Below, piece after piece: positions 9,571 to 18,061 of a stretch of 64,000 nt of DNA. Each line of letters opens with the position of its first letter. The first letter of the stretch is position 1. The notes beneath the pieces are model-generated. The model was given only the letters and a program-made list of their open reading frames with translations. It had not been told where the DNA came from and ran no database searches. A program made the translations under genes and the position numbers. This DNA is from Candidatus Wolframiiraptor gerlachensis (GTDB lineage: Archaea > Thermoproteota > Nitrososphaeria_A > Caldarchaeales > Wolframiiraptoraceae), in NCBI GenBank assembly GCA_021323375.2, contig JAJPCT020000017.1, forward strand, positions 1 through 64,000, read 5' to 3'.

Positions 9571-10137
9571 TTGAGGCTTGCAAGCTTTGGGGATAAGTGG
9601 GTTGCAGCCTCTGTTCTGAGGAATCCTAGGAGAAGCTTTCTAGCAAACCCTATTGGGATTCTAGACTCCTTGAGGGCATTTAATAGGGATGCTGTCATAC
9701 AGGTGTTTGATGCTAGGTATGTGGTGTCTGTTAGGCAGATTCATGCAGCCGCCGTCGCCGCCTATCTAGCCTTCAAGGCTGGAACCAATATCTCGAGGAA
9801 GATGGAGATAGAGCTTCTGCTAAGGCTTGCCGCCGACACGCAAATAGGGAGGGTCTTGGAAAGGCTTGGCGTGAGAGAGGGGACTGAGGAGGTTGGCCTC
9901 TGCATCCTCGCCAATGAGAGGTCATCAGCTGTGAGGATCGCGGAGGATCTAGCCAAGGCCGTGGGAGGCACCGAGGTTGATGATGATTATCTTGGGAGAG
10001 AGGAGAGACTTGCTAGAGCCATCGAGTTCTATGGTATAGAGATGGCGGAGATAGAGTCTGTTCAGGCGAGGGATAGGGCCGAGGCGATCCTGATACTGAT
10101 ACTGGAGAGGATCGCAACGCTAGATCTCAAGAGATGA
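9571..10137 (+). CDS. cgi121: KEOPS complex subunit Cgi121
   Basis: QVFDARYVVS, EIELLLRLAADTQI, ERIA. Confidence 0.88.
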   Translation: MRLASFGDKWVAASVLRNPRRSFLANPIGILDSLRAFNRDAVIQVFDARYVVSVRQIHAAAVAAYLAFKAGTNISRKMEIELLLRLAADTQIGRVLERLGVREGTEEVGLCILANERSSAVRIAEDLAKAVGGTEVDDDYLGREERLARAIEFYGIEMAEIESVQARDRAEAILILILERIATLDLKR

Positions 10138-10533
10138 GCTTGCAGCGAGCTTCGCGAGCCTATCAGCCTCACGATTCTCATTCCTCTCAATATGCATCGC
10201 CGCGAACTTCTCAAAGCTGCCCACAAGCCTCATGAGCTCCTCATGTAATGGTGCCAGCCTACTACTCCTGACCGCATATTCTCCCCTAACCTGTTTAACG
10301 AGGAGCTCGCTATCAGAAAGGAGCTCGAGCTCCGATGCTCCTAGGGATAACGCCTCCCTCAACGCCTCTATAGCCGCCAAATACTCGGCCTCATTATTCG
10401 TCCTCACGCCAACATGCTTCCACTTCTTGGATAATAGGCGGCCATCCTCATCAAATATCAGGTAGCCTATTCCAGCAGGCCCGGGATTCCCCCGGGAGCA
10501 GCCATCCACATATATCCTCAGCTTCCTCTTCAA
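10120..10533 (-). CDS. rnhA: ribonuclease HI
   Basis: VDGCSRGNPGPAG, TNNEAEY, SDSELLV, NREADRLA. Confidence 0.93.
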   Translation of the reverse strand: MKRKLRIYVDGCSRGNPGPAGIGYLIFDEDGRLLSKKWKHVGVRTNNEAEYLAAIEALREALSLGASELELLSDSELLVKQVRGEYAVRSSRLAPLHEELMRLVGSFEKFAAMHIERNENREADRLAKLAASSSLEI

Positions 10534-11039
10534 GAGGCAGCCTTCTTCTCCAGCTTCCTAATCACAATCTGATAACTCTTTGGAAGCTTCTTTGATGCTA
10601 TGTCAAGGGCCTCCTTCGCCGCTTGGAGGCCATTCTCCCTAACTAGGACCCTGAAGACCGGGGAGCCCCGGAGAACCCTAGCCGCCCTGCCCACAGGCTT
10701 CCCGAAAGCCCTCCTCATGCCCTCCTGAAGCCTATCAGCATGAGCGCCGAAGATCAGCTTATTCTCCCTAAGGACGTGATGTGGATGAGCCTTAAGCTCC
10801 ATGAAATAGTTCGATGAGCCTAGTGTTGAGTCCAGATACTTTGTCAGGGAAACCCTCGCCGATTCGAGCGAGACATCCCTGACCTGCATATCCTCCTTCG
10901 CGACCAATAAAAGCTCATAGTCATAGTCATCCGAATATGTCCCGCCCGTATACTTCGCTATCCTAGGCTGGGGCGCGCCAGCGATATAATCCGCCCTAGT
11001 ATAGGGCCTCTCAAGGGATCTCCAGTTCTTCGCCTTCAT
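10530..11039 (-). CDS. rpl10e: 50S ribosomal protein L10e/uL16
   Basis: HPHHVLRENK, GADRLQEGMRRAFGKP. Confidence 0.95.
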   Translation of the reverse strand: MKAKNWRSLERPYTRADYIAGAPQPRIAKYTGGTYSDDYDYELLLVAKEDMQVRDVSLESARVSLTKYLDSTLGSSNYFMELKAHPHHVLRENKLIFGAHADRLQEGMRRAFGKPVGRAARVLRGSPVFRVLVRENGLQAAKEALDIASKKLPKSYQIVIRKLEKKAAS

Positions 11040-11068
11040 ACCGCGAGCTAGGCGGTGAAGCCACTTAA

Positions 11069-11836
11069 TTAGGCTTGCCCCGAGAGGCCGAGAAGCCTAG
11101 AGAGGTCGAGGAGCTCGCTAGGAGAGAGCTGGAAGACTCGTTTAGAGGTTAGCGCTTCTGGAAGCTCCTTTACAAGGCTGGCTGGCAGCAGGCCATCCCT
11201 CGATAGGTCTGCTAGGACGCGCCTAAGAACCTGTCTTCTCCTCGTGAAGAGCTTTTTCCATAGTAGTTTGCAGGAGCTCCCCAGCCTCGGGATAGCATCC
11301 CTCCGCCTCATCAAGACCATGGCCGAGTCAACCTTTGGAGGGGGGCTGAACAAGCTTCTCGGCACAATCTCCAAGATCCTAGCCTCATAGTAGATGCTTG
11401 AGATGAGTGAAGTGTAGACGTATTTTGGCGAGCCCGGATATGCCATTAGCTTGGATGCAAACTCTCTCTGAAGCATCAGTATCATTAGCTCCGGCAGCTG
11501 CTCAATAAGCCACTCGATGAGCTTTGAGGAGATGCTATATGGCGGGTTCGAGACAACCTTGTTGAAACCACTTGGCCTTAAGCGCAGAATATCACCGAAC
11601 AATACCTCAACATTTGGATACGCCTCGGAGATTGCTTTGAGATCCTCGGCAAACCTCTCATCAATCTCGACGGCTATCACCTTTCCAGCCCTTTCCGCGA
11701 GCTTTCGGGTGAGCACGCCATTCCCGGCGCCAACCTCCAGCACCACATCGGATCGAGATAGCTCGGCATAATCCACCATCTTCTCAAGAACATTCTGGTC
11801 TATGAGGAAGTGCTGGCCGAGTATTCTCCTCCTCAT
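11069..11836 (-). CDS. ksgA: 16S rRNA dimethyladenosine transferase
   Basis: GQHFL, EVGAGNG, NPPY, PPPKVDS. Confidence 0.95.
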   Translation of the reverse strand: MRRRILGQHFLIDQNVLEKMVDYAELSRSDVVLEVGAGNGVLTRKLAERAGKVIAVEIDERFAEDLKAISEAYPNVEVLFGDILRLRPSGFNKVVSNPPYSISSKLIEWLIEQLPELMILMLQREFASKLMAYPGSPKYVYTSLISSIYYEARILEIVPRSLFSPPPKVDSAMVLMRRRDAIPRLGSSCKLLWKKLFTRRRQVLRRVLADLSRDGLLPASLVKELPEALTSKRVFQLSPSELLDLSRLLGLSGQA

Positions 11837-12429
11837 TCCCCGGATTCACGCGAGACCGGCGGCCTGACAAACAGCCTATACCTCTCCTCCGGGTTTCTAA
11901 GCTCCTCAAGAATCCTCTGCTGAAGCGCCTTCACCGGATCGAGCACTCCACCCCGCTTCCTCAAGTCCTCATAGCTCTCGAAGGGCTTGATCTCCCGCTC
12001 CTCTATGATCTTCATCGCTATCTTCTTCCCAATCCCGGGTATGAGCTCGAGCGAGTGCATCCTCGGGGTCAGCGGCCGAGCGGTATTGAAGAAATCGACG
12101 AAGCGCCTCTCATTCTCCTCTAGTATCTTGAGGATCACGTTCTCGAGATTCATCCTCGCGTTCACCGTCAGGTCTTCGTAACCTATCCTCCTGAGAATCC
12201 TCAGGATGCTTCTCGGAACATCCTTCCCTATGTATAGCCTGGCTCCTATCGCGGGCTTATTCCCCTTAGGCGTGGCGGCTTCTAGGAGTGTGAAGAAGTC
12301 CTCGCCCAGAAGCTGGATCACATTCTCATCCCTATGCACGATTATCCCAGGGGATTGTGCCTTGAGCTCCGAGGCGGGAAAGACGTCCAACACGTATGCG
12401 AAGTCCTCGTATTTTTTCTGCCTCACCAA
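11833..12429 (-). CDS. DUF655 family RNA-binding protein
   Basis: FFTLLE, RMHSLELIPGIG; conserved rpl21e-rpoF-DUF655-ksgA order. Confidence 0.92.
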   Translation of the reverse strand: MVRQKKYEDFAYVLDVFPASELKAQSPGIIVHRDENVIQLLGEDFFTLLEAATPKGNKPAIGARLYIGKDVPRSILRILRRIGYEDLTVNARMNLENVILKILEENERRFVDFFNTARPLTPRMHSLELIPGIGKKIAMKIIEEREIKPFESYEDLRKRGGVLDPVKALQQRILEELRNPEERYRLFVRPPVSRESGE

Positions 12430-12463
12430 TACGTCTCACATCCCGCTCCAAGCAATCTATTTT

Positions 12464-12826
12464 CTACTCTGCCTTTCCTTCTTCCTGCAGATATCTTTTA
12501 ACGAGCTCGGCTATCGCCTGGAGCTTCTCCTCGGAGAATAGGAGGATTGGCGCGAGCCTCTTATAGCCGCTCAGGATCGCCCTAAGCTCCTCCACATGAA
12601 TCGGACAGATATCCACTATCTGGACAGCCTCCTCCCTCGTGAGCTCGAACTTCTCCATAAGCTCGTTTATCAGCTTCTCAGCCCTATCAGCCGAGAGCTT
12701 GGAGTATTTCCTCACATAGTTCAAGACCCTCTGCTGGAGCGTTGTGAGCTCCGCCCCACCACTACTAAGTATCCTCTCGACTTCCGGGAGTGAGAGCGGG
12801 GTACGGGAAATAATCCTCCTCACCAT
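12464..12826 (-). CDS. rpoF: RNA polymerase subunit Rpo4
   Basis: AVQIVDICP..ELRAIL; operon context. Confidence 0.9.
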   Translation of the reverse strand: MVRRIISRTPLSLPEVERILSSGGAELTTLQQRVLNYVRKYSKLSADRAEKLINELMEKFELTREEAVQIVDICPIHVEELRAILSGYKRLAPILLFSEEKLQAIAELVKRYLQEEGKAE

Positions 12827-12832
12827 AGGCGA

Positions 12833-13126
12833 TCACGCGCTCCATCTAATCAAGTGATCCGGGAGAATTGTAAGCGTCCTGAGACTCTCACCGATCCTAA
12901 CCCTAACAACATATGCTCTTCCCCTCCTGCCCAGGATCTCCCCTATCCTCCCGTGATAGCGCCTATGTGGCGCGCCCTTATGCACCGATGGATTTAGCTT
13001 GATAACAACCTTCTCGCCGGGCTGGAAGTCCTGTAGATAGATCTCGGGGTTAGGCCCCTGCCTACTTCCCACAGGCTTCGTCAGCAAGTCCCTTGACTTG
13101 TAACGGAATCCCTTTGACTTCGGCAT
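12833..13126 (-). CDS. rpl21e: 50S ribosomal protein L21e
   Basis: MPKSKGFR, PHRRYHGRIG, PDHL. Confidence 0.96.
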   Translation of the reverse strand: MPKSKGFRYKSRDLLTKPVGSRQGPNPEIYLQDFQPGEKVVIKLNPSVHKGAPHRRYHGRIGEILGRRGRAYVVRVRIGESLRTLTILPDHLIRWSA

Positions 13127-13178
13127 TTTTCCGGCTTTTTAGTCAAATTTCCCAACTTAAAACCTTTATCAAGCCCCA

Positions 13179-13214
13179 CCATGGACTTACAAGTCCATGG
13201 ATGGTAACATCCAT
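13179..13214. repeat. perfect 10-bp inverted repeat plus an overlapping 7-bp hairpin
   Basis: ccatggactt-ac-aagtccatgg (13179-13200) and atggatg-gtaa-catccat (13197-13214), just upstream of the rpl21e promoter. Confidence 0.8.
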
Positions 13215-13218
13215 ACTC

Positions 13219-13273
13219 CCTGCTGGCCTTTATTGCTACGAAGACTTGCCAGCCAGCCCCACCTCCATTACCC
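13219..13273. repeat. 55-nt element, copy 1 (downstream of rpn11)
   Basis: 46/55 ungapped identity to 14153-14207 by manual alignment. Confidence 0.85.
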
Positions 13274-13320
13274 TCACTTTTCCTCAATATTATATAACCA
13301 CAAAACCCTAAACCTAAGTC

Positions 13321-13992
13321 TTAAGGTTGCATATGGAAGCCAACCCTATCCTTAATCTTCTTGAAGAAGTTGCTTAGCGAGCCCGTGAGCTTGTCGACTG
13401 GAAAGCCGAGATCCGCTTCAAGATCCTCGAATTGCCCCTGATCGGCCTCGCTACTGGATTTGCCTCCGCGGATATACTTCAGCTCCATGGTCTCAATCCC
13501 CCTTAGCGTGCTCTCCAATAGCTTCTGCCTATGGATACCTATCGAGACTGGAATGGCCACCACCTCACCCTTCTGATTTATCCTGAAGACCTTGAAGCTG
13601 AGGTCCTGAAGCCTCCTCGTCCTCGCATATTTTAGGGGATCTATCACAAGCGCCACGGCCTTTGGGAAGAGCCTCTGGTAAAGCTTCTGGGTCTCAATGT
13701 CTATTGCCGAGAGGAATACATCGAAACCCGGGTGAGAGTGATACCATCCGACGATGTATAGGCCGGGCCTATTCCTGAGAACCCACTCCGCCGCCGCGGC
13801 GATCGTCTCCTCCTCCAGATAGACGAAGCCGGGCGTCGACTTCTGCTCGCCCGTTATGGTATCCCAGATCTCAAGCACATCACCCCTCTTCAAGTATTTC
13901 CCCACGAGAAGCCCTGCAACCTCCCTATTCAGGTCATCAAGAGCGTGTTTTATCATCTTACCAAGCGCCAGCGGATAAACCCTAACCTTCAT
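13321..13992 (-). CDS. rpn11: Rpn11-like JAMM/MPN+ deubiquitinase
   Basis: EVAGLLVG, GWYHSHPGFDVFLSAID, ALVIDP; divergent from ubiquitin. Confidence 0.92.
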   Translation of the reverse strand: MKVRVYPLALGKMIKHALDDLNREVAGLLVGKYLKRGDVLEIWDTITGEQKSTPGFVYLEEETIAAAAEWVLRNRPGLYIVGWYHSHPGFDVFLSAIDIETQKLYQRLFPKAVALVIDPLKYARTRRLQDLSFKVFRINQKGEVVAIPVSIGIHRQKLLESTLRGIETMELKYIRGGKSSSEADQGQFEDLEADLGFPVDKLTGSLSNFFKKIKDRVGFHMQP

Positions 13993-14152
13993 TAATGTGC
14001 CCTCCTTATAGGAGAGCTTGTAGAGAGCCTGTTTTTATTCGTTCCTAATCCTCGGAGTATGGAAGACCAAGAATAAGGGAAGGAGAAGTATTTTTTAGTA
14101 TCCTTCTTTTTTATCTCAGCTGTCTCAAAGTAATACTCTTTTTCTTTGCATA

Positions 14153-14207
14153 CCTGCCAGCCTTGATGGCTACGAGGACTCGCCGGCCAGCCCCACTCCC
14201 ATTACCC
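14153..14207. repeat. 55-nt element, copy 2 (upstream of rpn11)
   Basis: Direct repeat of 13219-13273. Confidence 0.85.
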
Positions 14208-14368
14208 CTAATTTTTATTTATCTCATTTGTCGAAAACTAGCATATGTTTCATGCAGAGAAAAATGCCATCCAAGGGGATTTTAACATTCTTAGGATGAG
14301 AGCGGGCTTTCCGGCACCTGCCATTCCTACCGGAAAACTCTCGAAGAATATCTTTCTGGAGGCCTCTT

Positions 14369-14394
14369 GCACAACATATTTATATATCGTGTGC
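14369..14394. promoter_or_regulatory. TATA box of the Ub operon, possibly bidirectional, flanked by gcaca/tgtgc
   Basis: TTTATATA 14379-86; GGAGG 14413-17 before ATG 14430. Confidence 0.6.
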
Positions 14395-14429
14395 TCGCCC
14401 TATTCTCAGACAGGAGGTTTGAAGGAATT

Positions 14430-14666
14430 ATGAAGATTAGGATCGTCCCCGCTGTGGGAGGGGGTAATCCCATAGAATTAGAGGTCTCACCTTCCACGAC
14501 TATAGGAGCTATTAGGGCTAAGGTCTGCGCCATGAAGAAGCTTCCACCAGATACGACGAGGCTCACATACAGGGGCAGGGCGCTCAAGGATACGGAAACC
14601 CTCGAATCGATAGGAGTCCAGGATGGGGACAAGCTCATATTGATAACTAGGACTGTGGGCGGATAA
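14430..14666 (+). CDS. eukaryote-like ubiquitin (78 aa, ends at GG)
   Basis: MKIRIVPAVGGG..RLTYRGRALKDTETLESIGVQDGDKLILITRTVGG; followed by E2, E1, RING. Confidence 0.95.
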   Translation: MKIRIVPAVGGGNPIELEVSPSTTIGAIRAKVCAMKKLPPDTTRLTYRGRALKDTETLESIGVQDGDKLILITRTVGG

Positions 14667-14744
14667 TCTCCGCCTCTCCGGAGAATAGCGAGCTAAGGGC
14701 TGCTCAAAGTTAATTACCTGCCTCCCAAGAATAGGATTAATAGC

Positions 14745-15224
14745 TTGAAAACGCAGCTCCCCGAGGCTCTGTGGAGCAGGAGACTGGCGCTAGAGTATAA
14801 GCTGATGAGGGAGAATGAGCCTACATTCGACATAGTGGATAATCAGCTGACGCATTACCGTGGAGTGATAATTGGTGAGGGCCTGTATGAGGGTGGATTC
14901 TTCAAGGTGGAGATAATTGTCCCGCGCACATTCCCGTATACTCCTCCCGATGTTATCTGGTGGACGAGGATATGGCATCCAAACTTCACGGACGAGGTTC
15001 CCGCGAGGATCTGCGAGTCGATATTCAAGAATGATTGGAGCCCCTCGCTCCACCTCTTCTCAGTCGTCGAGGCTTTGAGGAATCTGCTCAATAATCCGAA
15101 TCCCGATGATCCTCTAAACACGTTCGCCGCTGCTGAGATGAAGTATAGGCCGGATATCTTCGAGGCTAGAGTTAGGGCGTATATTGAGCTATACGCTAGG
15201 CCGGAGTATGCCTTCCAGGAGTAG
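14745..15224 (+). CDS. ubiquitin-conjugating enzyme E2
   Basis: YEGGFFKV, FPYTPP, IWHPN, catalytic Cys in RICES, WSPS, PNPDDPLN. Confidence 0.95.
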   Translation: MKTQLPEALWSRRLALEYKLMRENEPTFDIVDNQLTHYRGVIIGEGLYEGGFFKVEIIVPRTFPYTPPDVIWWTRIWHPNFTDEVPARICESIFKNDWSPSLHLFSVVEALRNLLNNPNPDDPLNTFAAAEMKYRPDIFEARVRAYIELYARPEYAFQE

Positions 15225-15282
15225 CTGAGGATCTTGGAGAAATAATACTCATAAGCAACATGGGCTGCCTTCACGTGGTAGG

Positions 15283-16476
15283 ATGACCGAGAAGCAAGGC
15301 GGCCTCGAGCGATATGATCGGCAGTTAAGGATCGTGGGATGGGATCAGGAGAATCTTAGCAGGGCCAGGGTCGTCGTGGTGGGAGTTGGCGCCACGGGAT
15401 GCGAGGTCTCAAAAAACCTCGCGTTAATGGGCATTGGAAAGCTCATCCTAGTAGATAATGACGTGATCGAGCTATCAAATCTAAGCAGGCAGATGCTCTT
15501 CCTAGATGAGGATATAGGTAAGCCCAAGGCCATCGTTGCAGCTAATAGGCTGAGGAGGATGAACCCGCTTATAGAGGTTGAGCCATACTTCGAGGACGTT
15601 AGAAGTCTCGACGAATCAATCTTCGAGGGGGCTGACATCATAGTATCATGCCTTGATAACTGGCCTGTTAGGAGGTGGCTCAACTCGCTCGCGGTGGAGC
15701 TGGATAAGCCGCTCGTGGATGTCGCGATGGAAGGATTCTACGCTAATCTTCAAGTCGTGATCCCGAGGAAGACCGCGTGCTTGGAATGTCATGGGGAGGA
15801 TCTGATACCAAAGGAGACGCAGCTCGCCGAATGCACGCTGAGGAGGAGAAGGCCTGAGGACCTCGTTCAAGACCTGAAGCAGGCGGGAATAAAGATAAGT
15901 CAGAAGATAGCAGAGAAGCTATTCGAACATGACATCAAGACAATTTATGATCTGAAGTATGCTCAGGAGGGCGTGTTAATGAAGCTGGATAAGAAGACAT
16001 TGGAGGTTGTTAGGAGGATTAGGGAGAGGCTGAAGCCGAAGCTTCCAGCACTTCAAAGCGTCGCCGCCATGATCTCGGGGCTAGCCTCAACAGAGATTGT
16101 GAAAATACTTCATGGAGATAGGCTCGGGGAGCCGATCAAGGGCCTTCTAGTATATGATGGTCTCGCGGGACAGTTCACGATCGTGGAGCTTGAGAGGAGC
16201 CCCGAATGCTTTGTCTGCGGAGATCTAGTCGAGGAAGGGCTGACGATCACGGTCAAGCCGGACGAGACCATTCTAGACCTGAAGAGGAGGATAGCAGAGA
16301 CATACAGCATCCCGGATCCCGAGATACTTTACCGGGAATGGAGGCTCCAGGACGATAAGAGGATCTTGGAGCTGGGAGTTAAGGAGGGCGATACACTATA
16401 TATCACCACTAGCAGGAGGTTCATGCCCCTTCAGCTAAGGGTTCAATTCCACAAGGAGGAGGTGATGGCTCCATGA
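15283..16476 (+). CDS. ubiquitin-activating enzyme E1 with C-terminal ubiquitin-fold domain
   Basis: RYDRQ, GVGATG, SNLSRQ, CLDN, CLEC/CFVC, AECTL, then VKPDETILDLK..LGVKEGDTL. Confidence 0.93.
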   Translation: MTEKQGGLERYDRQLRIVGWDQENLSRARVVVVGVGATGCEVSKNLALMGIGKLILVDNDVIELSNLSRQMLFLDEDIGKPKAIVAANRLRRMNPLIEVEPYFEDVRSLDESIFEGADIIVSCLDNWPVRRWLNSLAVELDKPLVDVAMEGFYANLQVVIPRKTACLECHGEDLIPKETQLAECTLRRRRPEDLVQDLKQAGIKISQKIAEKLFEHDIKTIYDLKYAQEGVLMKLDKKTLEVVRRIRERLKPKLPALQSVAAMISGLASTEIVKILHGDRLGEPIKGLLVYDGLAGQFTIVELERSPECFVCGDLVEEGLTITVKPDETILDLKRRIAETYSIPDPEILYREWRLQDDKRILELGVKEGDTLYITTSRRFMPLQLRVQFHKEEVMAP

Positions 16477-16709
16477 GGAGGATAACGATATTAGAGGAGG
16501 AGAAAGCGGGCGAATGGGATCTCATGTTCGAGGAAGAGGGGAAGAAACTGGATGTATGCCCGGTCTGCTCCGCGGAGATACATGAGGGCGTCCCCGTATT
16601 CGAGTGCCCCTTCTGTGGAAACAAGATGCATGCTAGATGTGTCCAGCCATGGATAAATGAGAGGGGGACATGCCCAATCTGCAAAAGGCCTTTATCACAG
16701 AAAGCATAA
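16473..16709 (+). CDS. small RING finger E3 ligase
   Basis: C-x2-C-x12-C-x2-C-x4-H-x2-C..W..CPIC; start overlaps the E1 stop (ATGA). Confidence 0.9.
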   Translation: MRRITILEEEKAGEWDLMFEEEGKKLDVCPVCSAEIHEGVPVFECPFCGNKMHARCVQPWINERGTCPICKRPLSQKA

Positions 16710-16730
16710 CATTATTAGAGGTGCTCTGGC

Positions 16731-17081
16731 TTGAGCAAGGCTGAGAATGGCGGCATAGTCCTAAAGCCGAAATACTTGGAGACGCCCAAGGGCAAGATCC
16801 CCACATATGATTTCGTGATGGGGTTGGCGAAGGCGATCAACATCCTCGACGAAGCTGTGGCGGAGCTTGAGGAGAAGATAAGGGGCATGACTCCGGCGAG
16901 CACGGCGGAGCTAAGCGACCTGAAGGCCAGGCTTGAAAGCGTCGAGGAGAGGTTGAAGAGCTTGGAGAAAAGGCTAGAGGTAGAGCTAGAGGATCTTAAC
17001 GACAAGCTGATGACCTTGACCGATGTGGTCCATGAGCTTGCTGAGAGGGTTCAGAGGCTTGAGGAGAGCATTAGGGGCTGA
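16731..17081 (+). CDS. small coiled-coil protein at the end of the Ub operon
   Basis: GAGGTG RBS-like site, 21 nt after the RING gene; heptad repeats. Confidence 0.8.
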   Translation: MSKAENGGIVLKPKYLETPKGKIPTYDFVMGLAKAINILDEAVAELEEKIRGMTPASTAELSDLKARLESVEERLKSLEKRLEVELEDLNDKLMTLTDVVHELAERVQRLEESIRG

Positions 17082-17910
17082 CGACCGCGCGCCTCATCTC
17101 CGCGATCAGCTTCTCGAGGCTCGCCCGCTTATTCTCGAGATCCTTTACCTCAGCCTCGAGCCTCTTCTTCCGCTCCTCGAGCATGTTCAGCTCGCTTCTC
17201 AGCTGGAGGACCTTCCTCTCAAGCTCCTCAGCCGCCTCCTCCTTCTCTCTAAGCTTGGATAGCCCCTCCCTGAGCTCGGCCTCCTTCTTGAGGAGGCGCT
17301 CCATCCTTATCTCCCTTATCTTGAAGTCCCTGAGAAAGCCCTTGAACATGTTCTCAAGCCTGTTTCCCAGCTCCTCGAGCCCCTTGAGATATCTGTTCTC
17401 AAGTTCCGAGATCTTGCGTTCGAGGTCAAGCTTCTTTTCCTCAAGAGCCCTTAGCTCGGCTTCCCTCATCGCCAGCTCCCTCTCCTTCGCGTCGAGATCA
17501 TTTCCCCATTTCCTCAGCTCCTGCCTGATCACAGCGAGCTCGCTCTTCTCCCTTAATAACGCCTCTATCTCCCTCTTTATCGCCTCGCGCTCCTTGCTCA
17601 AGGCCTCGATAATATCCTTCAGGCCCTCTTGGATGGAGAGAAGCGTGTTTTCATAGAACCTGACTTGATCAAGCTCCTCCGAGACCTTCTCGGCCTTCTC
17701 GAGAAAGATCGCGAGCTTTGATCTTATGGTCTCCGGCTGTGAGGCTAATGTCCCGAGAAGAGCTTGAATCTCCATGAGCCTAGACTCAAGCCTCTTCAAC
17801 ACCTCATTAAGGGGCGCTACACTCGCGGAGATTCTCTGCTCGAATTTGTTTAACCTTTCCTCAATCTTATCCTCAAGCTCCTCAACCTTCTTCCCGCCAA
17901 ATAGCGACAT
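17071..17910 (-). CDS. long coiled-coil protein
   Basis: Continuous E/K/L heptads; likely start ATG 17910 (MSLFGGKK). Confidence 0.8.
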   Translation of the reverse strand: MSLFGGKKVEELEDKIEERLNKFEQRISASVAPLNEVLKRLESRLMEIQALLGTLASQPETIRSKLAIFLEKAEKVSEELDQVRFYENTLLSIQEGLKDIIEALSKEREAIKREIEALLREKSELAVIRQELRKWGNDLDAKERELAMREAELRALEEKKLDLERKISELENRYLKGLEELGNRLENMFKGFLRDFKIREIRMERLLKKEAELREGLSKLREKEEAAEELERKVLQLRSELNMLEERKKRLEAEVKDLENKRASLEKLIAEMRRAVVSP

Positions 17911-18061
17911 TTCTGGACAAGAACCTTTCAAAGTGTTATAAAAAGTTGATTCACCCTTTGGCCATAGTCTCCACATCCCCGTGTTACGAGCTGTTTATAA
18001 GGCGGGAGAACCGAGGCACTAGGGGGCTTGTGCGAGGTTGCTCACGACTAGAGAGGAGGTA

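Noticed and set aside
13081-13287. 68-aa ORF whose VAIKA stretch recurs in repeat copy 2 with synonymous changes
   Set aside because: Copy 2 has an in-frame stop and no start in that frame; the ORF overlaps rpl21e and its promoter
14153-14207. UCCUCG loop suggesting an HDV-like ribozyme
   Set aside because: Could not build the P1/P2/P3 nested pseudoknot or J4/2
14367-14429. N-terminal extension of ubiquitin in the ORF track
   Set aside because: Spans the TATA box and RBS; ATG 14430 fits better
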